From: Diadema antillarum | Taxonomy: Eukaryota | Length of the DNA stretch: 64,000 nt | NCBI RefSeq assembly: GCF_040938485.1 | Contig: NW_027272223.1 | Location: forward strand, 1-64,000 | Reading direction: 5' to 3' | Part shown: in pieces, positions 26,101 through 37,048 of the stretch | How the letters are laid out: every line of letters starts with the position of its first letter | How positions within the stretch are numbered: the stretch's first letter is position 1 | The notes under the pieces: model-generated | The model's database searches: none | The model's input: only the letters and a program-made list of their open reading frames with translations | Told to the model about the DNA's origin: nothing | Made by a program: the position numbers and the translations under genes

Positions 26101-26306
26101 TTGCAAGGAATCAATTTTTCCATAATTATCCCACCAGACAATCTTCTGAGTTTCATCTACCTCTTCTGAGAACATTATTGGCTCAGAATACATTTATATA
26201 CACAGGCCCTAGATTCTGGAATTCATTAAGTAGCGAAATAAAAAATTCTCCTTCTTTGTATTCCTTTAAGCGTAAGTTGAAATCCTTTCTGTTAAACCCT
26301 CTCTGA
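23193..26306 (+). pseudogene. LINE ORF2 (APE endonuclease + reverse transcriptase), inactivated
   Basis: Motifs LHLNISS, GLTETWL, VYRPP, GDFNIDL, TDHFP (APE) and YRPISLL, DFSKAFD, GVPQGSLLGP, FADD (RT). It is broken by a frameshift near 24330, a compensating frameshift near 24545 and TGG>TAG at 25740-25742 (DKFS*RPH versus DEHLTWKE in the second LINE). Confidence 0.9.
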
Positions 26307-28361
26307 TGTTCGTTTTTGTTAATCAAGTTCCAACAACCACAGAGTTTATCATCCAACCATCAATCAATTGATTTCTGAATTCATTAATTTATGAAATAGC
26401 CATTATAATTTCTACACAGCTGTATGCAACCACCGGCTGTTTAAAGAATTTCTTCAATTCCCTCTTCAATTCTCTCTTTCGTTTCTTTGATCAGCGTGTA
26501 GGCATTCTCCTTCTTTCTTCCTTCCTTCATTTCATTTTCCACCTTTCTGTCTAGTCGTGTCATGTTATTGTGTGTCTCCCGTTTGTTTCCGTCTTGTGTA
26601 AATCATACTTGTGTCCAGCATATACAAATAAGTATTTAGTTAGAGTTTTTTGAGTGGTTCACAATCTACAAGCTTGCTTTTTAGTGGACCTCTCAGTTCT
26701 CCTTTTTTTCAACTGAAACAAAGACTTATATTATTTTGCGTATACATAAAATGTTACTTTATTATTGTATCATTTGATATCATTTGTAAGTTGTGTGTAT
26801 ACGATTGTGATAATAACCTAATTCATACTGTGTTGTGTTTTGTTGGAAAAAGGAGAATGAAATAAAATGAAATGAAAAATGAAATAAGATAGGAACACGT
26901 TTATGATAGATATAGCAGTTATGCAAGGATGCCGAAATCAATAATTTCTTGGGAATGATATTTTATTTTAAAAAACACAGCTAGGAACTTCATTTTAAGT
27001 TCAACTTGAATATAGCAAGATGTAAGGGTGAAAAGAAACAACAAAGATTTAGTCTTTTTTTTATTAAAGTAAGTTCAGATTAAAAAGGCAACAATAATTT
27101 TTAATGGTACTGACGCCATCACTTTCCAACTCTCTAATCGGCGGATTATGCTTTAAAGAATGATTTATTTTTTGTAGTTATCCAAGCTAGTATCATCCCC
27201 TCCTTTTTATCTGTTTTTACAAAGTTTTCATTGCTGCATGAAACGATACAGCCCTGGGACTATTCATGTGGGAGTAACATACCGTCCTCCATTCACATCA
27301 AGAAGCCATGTCGTCACCATATCTCATACTGCATTTTTGTGCCTGTTTCCATGCAAAAGCGTTGATTTATGAAACATGTAAAACTGTGAATCTTGAATAA
27401 ATGTATTTGAATGAAACTTAATTAATTGTATTTGTTTGACTATACTGAGATTGAATGGCTTTTTGGAAAGTCAGACTGATCCTTTTCTACTTTTGGCTGA
27501 TCTACTGCCAATATTTTACTCCTTGATTTTACTTTTGATCGTCTAGCCCTGTGTAGTCGCTTGCCTTTTATTCTCATGTTCATTTTACATTCGAAACACG
27601 CAAATTGTATGGTATTAAACTGACCTATAACAATTAAGGTAATAGAAATGAGTAATCAGCAAACTTTCATACAAACCAAACCCACAGGGAATTAGACTAT
27701 AGTAATGGCAATGAAGGGGAGGGGAAGGGGAGAGACCGTACACATTTCGTATACAGTAGTGTGTCTATCTACACTGCAAAGATTAATTGCTATCATCTCC
27801 GCCTACACATACAACATTATGCAGCAAAATAGACAGATCTCGTTTATCTTATGAGTTCCCGAAAGCAAAATACAATGTAAACAGTCTATATTTCATTGCC
27901 CGTCATATCCAATCGTTATAGGGCACAATGTTACGTACATTCCCTAAAATGAGCCTGCTTTCGGCCCGGATGTAAATGAGTTTTCTTTACTTTAACGAGG
28001 ACTAACCCACTGAAAGCACACATTCGTTTTGAAGAAGACACGGCATTACGTCTTGAAAGAACGAAAGAAGAAAAAAAAAATCAATAAGACAGTGTTCCCC
28101 AGATCTCTCTCTGAATAGTCTAACTCCTTTCAATCAATAGTTCTATGTGGCTATACATGTATAGATATTCTGCGGTAGCCATGTTTTTTAAGTGACGGAT
28201 GTATGCTTGTATATGTATAACTGATCTTTCTCGAGTCTAGTATCCTTCTACGTAGAACTTTATTTTTCCCTTTGGTATTCATGATATTATACGACCAACA
28301 TTGGTATAGCTTATGAGCGAAGAACTTTTATCAGCCAACAGTCAGGACCAAGATATAAAGG

Positions 28362-31300
28362 ATGAAGTGTAATTTAGAAGTCTGCGATGTGCTCCGTTTA
28401 TGGTGTCTGGCCGTCAGTCTCCAAGTACTCTGCTCTCTTGTACCCGGCGTGAATGCAGCAGTCGAGCAATACAAACGACAAGTGGTATTGGAGGTAAGTG
28501 TTTAAGGATTTCATTTCATTTCTGCTATGACTACTCCGTCTCAGTATATCAACCAACTACATGTATTATAATGCATTAACATAATTATAGCCGGATAGAA
28601 GAAAGATTGAACAAATAGAGTATGGTATGGTATGTGTTCAATCACAAAAATGACAATATACAGTGTAAAAGCAAACAATCAAATTGGGCTCCATAAATAC
28701 ATATATTTATCGGAAAATAACACATCGTTACAGAAGCTTAGTTTATATATTATATGGAGCGCATCAAGAAGAAAAAAAAGAAACTATGTGCAAGCTTTCA
28801 TCGCTCTTGTGTCATGCATGTATAGATGAGAAGAAAAGATGATTTTATAAACATGCTATATTTATTTTTTTTTTTAATCGCTATTCACGGACTCGTGAAA
28901 ATTGCAGTGAAATAACAGCTCGAGTATCACGAATATTTTGACATTGTATATTATCTAAACGGAGTTAAGTCTAATTATTTTGTATCAGTATTGTGGCCTT
29001 TGATGAAATTAAAACATATTCAAGAAAAGTGTCTGTCATTGTTGAAATTACACCCTGTAGCAATGTTAATCATGAAGATAAGAATGTCAATAATGGTGAT
29101 CTAACGACAATAATGATGACCGTAATGATGTGCAAGATATGATGCTGGAAAGAATAGCAACGTGGCACAGTTTGGTAAGACTATACTGACTTTCAATACT
29201 TAATGGACAAGATGACTTTACCCACCATATCTCTCTCTCAACCCATGTGTATAAATGGGTATACCTGGCAACGCCAAAGGTACTGATAATGACAGGGCCC
29301 TCTGGTAGAACAATGGAAAAAAAACTGGTATGAAATACCCTCGACGAAGAAGATTTCGTCTTTTGTAATGTATGGTTAGTGTAAAAGCCTTGTTTTTGAT
29401 AGTGGAATGTATCTATGGGTACTAGTCTTAGAGAAGGCGCTGTCATTTTTGCCATTCGTATGGCCATGGACTTAATTTTTCTTTGCACTTATTGGTCAAG
29501 AGTATACATTGCGGACAAAACATCTAGTTTGCTACAAAATGTTCTCACCGAAATCTCATCATAACAAAGCCAACGTCTCAATTCATTTGAAGTCCATTCA
29601 AGTCACCAATGGTGATATACAGTCAGTGCAGTCAGTGCACCGTGTCTCAGCTTGGCACTGTGCTGTGGAACCAGAACTTCACGTTGGAGACGAGCAGTCT
29701 ACCCCATCATGCCCCAGCCTGTTCCGTCACAGTCCCCTCCCTCAACGAGGAAATCAACTGCGCTTGTTTGTCAAGTAATCAAGGAGCTGTTGAACAATGA
29801 AGACTACATCAATATGCTCAACAGTGTAGTCAGCAATGCAGTCGACAAGGCCTTCACTAAACTCAACAGCCGTGTTGAAGTGCTTGAAGGTCAAGTCCAT
29901 GATCTCCAAAATGAATGCGACAACAAGTCACACCAGATCACAGTTCTCAAGAAGGAGATAAGTCAGCAGTCAGACCGAATCCAAAATCTTGTCCAGGGTC
30001 AACTCGACCTCGAGCAGTACTCCAGACGTAACTGCATCCGGATCTTCGGTGTCAGAGAAGCAGCAGGGGAATGCACCGACAACATACTGTGCGACATTGC
30101 TCAGAGCAAGCTAGGAATCACCATAAACCCAGCAACAGACATAGACCGGAGCCACCGCACAGGAAGGAAGAAACCTGAATCGGCCTCTCATTCTCCCAGA
30201 CCAATCATCGTCAAAATGACCTCGTACAAAAAGAAGCATCAAATCCTCACAGCAAGAAGAAAACTGAAAGGAAGCGGTATCTCCATTCATGAAGATCTCA
30301 CGAAGCACAACGTCGATCTCCTACGCAAAGCAACACACCACCAGAAAGTGAAGAATGCCTGGTCATCAGACGGTCGTATCATAGTCGAAATACCTGCCTC
30401 ACATGGGAAAACGATCAACAAAGTAATCAGAAGTGAAAGTGATCTGGCCAGATTATGACTTCAACTTCTCAAAGTCCCCCACCTCCATGTATGTATCCTG
30501 TAAGTTTTTGTAGTTTTTGTAAGAGACAACGGGCTCAAGATAATATCTGTTATTTTTGTGCAACCTCTAGTTCCAGTCGCCTGAGGGCATTAGAAGAAGA
30601 TGAAGATGGTGTATCTGTACTTAGTACTGAAACAGAATATTTCATTCCAAGTGAATTTGCCTCTATGATGAATGGTACGTTTTCAGAAATGTTTACGTGT
30701 CTGCATTTCAACTGTCGAAGTTTGAAGGGTAACAGTGATAACTTTATATCGTGCATTAATTCCTTGAATACTGAAATATCTATTATTGCTGTATCTGAAA
30801 CATGGGCACAGGGAAATGAATCCCCTCAGTTTACGTTGCCCCAATATAAATTCCTCGGAAGGGGAAGAACAGATAAGAGAGGTGGAGGTGTTGGTATGTT
30901 CATTAATAAAAAATATAATGTTAAACAGAGATGTGATTTAGAGGTTTTTGATCAATGTATTGAGTCAACATTTGCTGAAATTATCAATTTGAAGGATAAA
31001 ATTGTTATTGGCGTGGTATACAGACCCCCCAATCAATCTCTTCAATCATTTCTTACTGGTCTACAGCCAACATTACAGAATATATCTCGAGAAGGTAAAC
31101 ATTGTATCCTACTTGGTGATTTTAATGTTGATTTATTGAGTTCCGACAGTTCCACTCACCAATTCTTGGACTTAATTCTTACCTCCTCATACACTCCTAC
31201 TATTTTTAAACCAACACGTGTAACAAACCACTCTGCAACCTTACTTGATAATGTATTCATTAATCGTCCTGAAAATGTAGTTAAGTCTGGTATATTGATT

Positions 31301-34300
31301 TCAGATGTGAGTGATCATTTATCACCCTTTGTCATCTATCACCTTGGCCGTCAGCAGGTGAGCACCGAAAAGGAATCATCCACTTATATTTACAAAAGAA
31401 TGATACATGAAGAGGGTATGACAAATTTTTTTTCATTGCTCCAGTCTTATGAGTGGAGCCACCTGGAAAATATTCCAGACATCAATGAGAAATACTCTGT
31501 TTTTATATCTCATTTTATGACCCTGTACGATGAGTGCTTTCCTATAAAGAAACTTGATAAAAAAAAATATGAGAAAAAACAAACTTGGTTTAACAGCCAT
31601 CTGAAGAAGTTGTGTAAAAAGAAATACATTTTGTACCGTAAATACATCAAGAATCCTACAATGTACAGAAAAGAGATTTACGTCAAATATAGAAATTTTG
31701 TGAATAATGAAATACGACGTGTTAAGCGGGAATATTATCATGGTATTTTTGATAGAGTAAAAAATGACCAAAAAGGTACATGGAAGGCGATTAACGAAGT
31801 CTTGAATACATCGAAGTCTAAAACTACATGTGCAAGTATTATGAAAGAAGGTGTTCTGATTGAGGATAAAGAAAACATTGTGAATTTATTCAATGATTAT
31901 TTTAGTAATATTGGTTCTGAGTTGGTTAGAAATATGCCCCCGTGTTCTATGAATAATGATTTTTCAGAGTATTTAAGACCGAGAGTATTACATACTATGT
32001 TTTTTAACCCCATTTCTGAATCTGATTTGATTACAGCTGTATTAAGTATAAAGGATAATAAGAGTTCAGGGCATGATGGCATAGAAGCATTTATTGTCAA
32101 AAAATGCATTCATTTGATTGCATCCCCATTATGCCATATTTTCAATACTTCAATTGAAAAAGGTGTTTTCCCAAGTGATATGAAAATCGCAAAGGTTATC
32201 CCAATCTTTAAATCTGGGGATAAGCGTCTTTGTTCTAATTATAGACCAATTTCTATTTTGTCCATTTTTTCAAAGGTTTTCGAAAAGTTGGTACACAAAC
32301 GATTGATCTCATTCTTGGAAAAAAATGCAATCCTGTATCAAGGGCAATTTGGTTTCAGACAAGGATATAGCACATTTATGGCCCTTTTAGAATTTGTCAA
32401 TAATGCTACTTTGGCTTTTGAAGAAAAAAACATTGTTATTGGATTATTCTTAGACTTATCAAAAGCCTTTGATACTATTGATCACAAAATTCTGATAAGT
32501 AAAATGTATCATTATGGAATTAGAGGCAATGTGTTAAACTGGTTTGAAAGTTATTTGTTAAACAGAAAACAATATGTGTTTATTGATAATCATACTTCAC
32601 AATTTCAACATATCAATGTTGGTGTCCCACAAGGATCAGTGTTAGGTCCATTACTCTTTTTGCTTTATGTAAATGACCTGGCTTTTGTAAGTGATGTTTT
32701 AAAGCCCATTATATTTGCTGATGACACAAACATCTTTCTGTCAGGCAAGGATATCCATGATATGAATGTTGTATTCAATGCAGAACTTGAAAAGGTGTAT
32801 TCCTGGTTTTTATCCAACAAACTCACTATTAATTTTGAAAAAACAAATTTTATGATATTTAGACCTCAGCAATTACAGCTAGATACAGCTTTGTTTGATT
32901 TATCCATTAATGACCAAAAAATAAGTAATGTTAAAAAAATAAAGTTTCTTGGTGTCATTATTGACGAACATCTCACATGGAAAGAACAAGTGCAAAATAT
33001 TTCAGGTAAAATAGCAAAAGCAGTGGGTATTTTAAACAGATTGAAGAGTTTGCTTCCTCTTCGAATTATGTTAAATATTTATAATACCTTGGTTTTGCCA
33101 CATCTTTCATATTGTACTGTTGTATGGGGAAACTGCTCTAAATATCTTTTGGACAGATTGCTTGTTTTGCAGAAACGTGCAGTCCGTTGTGTCTCAAACT
33201 CTCACTTTTTAGCTCCAACAAACCCTTTGTTTGAGAAATTGAAGGTTTTAAAGGTCTTAGATTTGTATACATTGCAGGCAGCATGCTTCATGTACAAATT
33301 TTCTAGGGATTTACTGCCTGATGTTTTTAAAGAGTATTTTATTTGTAATAACAAAGTTAATTTGTATAGAACTAGAAACTCTGATAAATTGTATGTACCA
33401 TTTTACCGTCTTAGCCTGTCAAGAAAGTCAATAAGGTATACAGGCCCAAAAATATGGAACTCAATTACCCCCAGTTTGAAATCATGCCCCACCATTTCAT
33501 CATTCAAAAGACAGTTTAAGTTACAGTTGATTAATGCATACCGGTATTGTTCATAGAACTGTACTGTGTCTATACAGTGCACTGGCTGATTCTCGGCATG
33601 TGTTGTTCTGTGTTCTCTGTTCGGGCGCCTGCTCGGTGACCTTCACCCCGGCGCGCTGGCGGGGTGCGCGCGCCGGGGTGGGGGTCGCCGGGCGGCCGCC
33701 TCGGGTGGAGGATGTAGGGTGGTACAGGTTGGGAATCGCGCGCGTGCCTGTGGTGATTATGATCGGAGCCTTCTACATTCATTGTACAATGTATTACAAT
33801 TATTCTTTTACACTGTACTCAGTACATGTATCGTAATGGAGAGCTCTGATCATGTTGGAAGTGGTGCGCCCTCAGTGGCGGGGCGCGGCTCACGATATTG
33901 CTTGGCATAAATGTACACACTGAAGAATCACGATTATACAGCTGCACACCATATTCAATGATACTCGGTATTATGATGATATGTATTTTTTTTTTTTGTC
34001 TTTGTCGATTCTTATAGAATATTATATGCTCAAACCATATATATATTTCTTAAATTGCATTCAATGATAATTCTTGCCCATTTTTGTCCCACCCTTTTTA
34101 TGGTTGTTTTTGGTATGTCGTGGTTCCTTCCTTTTGGATGTGCTTTTTTTTTTCTTCTTCTTCTTCTTCTTCTTGCCCCTATTTATTGCAAATCCAGTTC
34201 TTTTTTATGCGACTCATGATTTATGTAACAGTGTATAACGACATACAGTTTTAATATTGTATATTTGCTCAGGGGATCAGCCTCGAAAGGCCAATGGCCT

Positions 34301-37002
34301 ACTGCTGATCTCCTCCACCATTTATTTTAATTGTTATGTCAATCTGGAACACACACTTTTTAACTTTTAACTGTGATTATGTATTTATCCAAAATAATTT
34401 TTGGTTTGTATGTATATGTTAGAACTGATTGATTGTGTATTTATATGTTTTTACCTGAACTGTGGAAACAATGGTGAATATTACACCTGTGCCAACCAAG
34501 TTGATGTTCATGTACACAAAGGTCCTGTTTACCCTGGGGAGCAGTGATTTAAACAAATGTTCAAGATATCACATTTGATGCATATATGAGTAGGTCTGTT
34601 GTACCACAAAACATAATATCATACAAAATTTTGGCAATAAAGCGTAAAATATAAGGAGATATCAGTATTTATCTCAATAAACCGTAACTATATGAGACGG
34701 TTTAGTTTGGAAACATTTTTATTTCAACTATTGTTCACATTTTGTATATTAAACAATATTTAACATCGATTTTCCTGATTCAACTTTTTACTGTGATTGT
34801 TTTTATCAAAAACTCACATTTTAGAACCATTCTAAAGCACTAATGCTAGGTTTTTGTTTCATCTGCAAATAGTGAATTATGCCTTTAAAGTATCACTTTC
34901 ATGACAGATAAAGGAATTAAGAACAATATGGTAGCATAACCAGCAGCACTAATGCTGGGTTTTTGTTTCATCTGCAAATGGTGAATTATGCCTTTAAAGT
35001 ATCACTTTCATGACAGATAAAGGAATTAAGAACAATATGGTAGCATAACCAGCAGCACTAATGCTAGGTTTTTGTTTCATCTGCAAATGGTGAATTATGC
35101 CTTTAAAGTATCACTTTCATGACAGATAAAGGAATTAAGAACAATATGGTAGCATAACCAGCAGCACTAATGCTAGGTTTTTGTTTCATCTGCAAATGGT
35201 GAATTATGCCTTTAAAGTATCACTTTCATGACAGATAAAGGAATTAAGAACAATATGGTAGCATAACCAGCAGCACTAATGCTAGGTTTTTGTTTCATCT
35301 GCAAATGGTGAATTATGCCTTTAAAGTATCACTTTCATGACAGATAAAGGAATTAAGAACAATATGGTAGCATAACCAGCAGCACTAATGCTAGGTTTTT
35401 GTTTCATCTGCAAATGGTGAATTATGCCTTTAAAGTATCACTTTCATGACAGATAAAGGAATTAAGAACAATATGGTAGCATAACCAGCAGCACTAATGC
35501 TGGGTTTTTGTTTCATCTGCAAATAGTAAATTATGCCTTTAAAGTATCACTTTCATGACAGATAAAGGAATTAAGAACAATATGGTAGCATAACCAGCAC
35601 ACTATCTGTGACAATCTGGAATTTTTCACATGTATAAAAAAAGAGATCTAGTGATTTATGAATCTATGAAAACCTGTGATAATTTTGCTGAAGAAAATCA
35701 TCAATTCGTCCTTATCACATTGACAACCCTGATTTGTACAGCGTACATATCCTATAATGGAGAAACTGCGTGTATGAACTGATTAAAGTAATTTATTTAG
35801 ATCTGCACAAAATCAGAAAGAAGTTTACATAATGTGATAATTTTGACAAGAAGACACAGGAACATTCATTTCCTAAAATATTTGATGTGTGTTTAGAAAA
35901 TTTGTATAACATTATCATGTTTCTTTCCTGTCTCCTCTCAATCTGCAGGAATGCACAGCGGGCTCCCCTGGTCCTCCTGGCCCACCGGGGCCGCCCGGAG
36001 AGCAAGGCGAGCCAGGTGCCCCGAGCAGCGTGTCCAAGAACTGGAGGCAGTGTTCGTGGTGGCAGATTAATGATGGTCAAGACTCCGGCCAAGTCTATGT
36101 GAGACGAAAAACGATAACCAATTTCAATTTCAATTTATCTTCATTATTCTCACAAATAGTACAGAAAAAACTATGATAAGTTATTATACAATACAAAAGT
36201 TGATGATGATGATGATGAAAGAGCATTTACATAGCGCCATTTATCTGTAGAAACATTCAAAGGAGCCCAGCTCCCACAAAGTGGGAGTTGTACAAGACAC
36301 GAATTAAGAAAATTCACCGGAATGTACGGTAGTCTGTCTCGTTGTAAACAAAAAGGTCTGTACACATCCTTCTTATAGAGTTGAGCTATGGTCATAATAC
36401 GAGAAAAGGGGGCCTGCGTAAAAGCAAGCTTGTACAGCCGCATTTTTGTTTCTTGCAGGTGTCCAGATGGTCAGAAAAAAGAATTATTAGTTATATATAG
36501 CGTCTTTTGATATTCGAATATATATGTTTTGTTCTCTCCCGCTCTGGTGTGGATACGAATTGAGTCCAATACAAGTATATAATTATTATCACCACATAAC
36601 ATAATCTTCACAAACATGACAAGCAGTATTGATGAAGGTCTTAATTCAACCATGGCGTTACATTCAAACGTCCTCGCTCCTGGCACGAGTTTATATACAC
36701 GTGTTTCAAAATGATTATACGCATACACAGTCATGATGTCCCACAAGACAAAATTTCGTCATTCTTGCATGTCCTCTGGAAGTAATCGATATCATCAGCA
36801 CTTTTTTTACCGAATGACAAAGATTTGTTGATCATCTTTAACAATGTTTGTTTGTTTGTTTGTTTGTTTGTTTGTTTTTTATGTACATCCTGTCTGATGT
36901 GAAGAATGTTTTAGAATAACTATATATAGCGCGTTTTTTGTCAAAAAAAAATCCAAAGTTGAGAACCTAGATAAGGTTCAGTCAATCGTGGCTTTATTTC
37001 AT

Positions 37003-37048
<46 letters not shown>

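Larger units (their letters stand above)
18604..26883 (+). mobile_element. CR1-group (L2/Crack/Daphne-like) LINE, 8.3 kb, with disrupted ORF2
   Basis: Inserted about 80 bp after the copy 2 stop; the flanks rejoin to match the copy 1 3' UTR, with a probable ATAA duplication (18600-18603, 26884-26887). It contains ORF1, a long spacer, an APE+RT ORF2, a 3' stem-loop (26651-26695) and an (ATGAA)n-like tail. Confidence 0.8.
29616..34468 (+). mobile_element. Full-length CR1-group (L2/Crack/Daphne-like) LINE with two intact ORFs, in intron 1 of copy 3
   Basis: CAATGGTGA direct repeat at 29607-29615 and 34469-34477 (candidate TSD). ORF1 and ORF2 are both open and there is a 3' stem-loop at 34271-34314. 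Confidence 0.85.

Noticed and set aside
23184-26306. Programmed frameshifting or readthrough producing a full ORF2
   Set aside because: Two frameshifts plus a TGG>TAG change at a conserved Trp and other substitutions in conserved motifs fit ordinary decay. Sequencing error cannot be excluded without reads.
33534-33910. Short GC-rich ORFs after LINE ORF2
   Set aside because: They are by-products of the GC hairpin, have no recognisable domain, and overlap in several frames.
34836-35598. CRISPR-like array
   Set aside because: Whole 109 bp units repeat with no unique spacers, the context is eukaryotic, and there are no cas genes.
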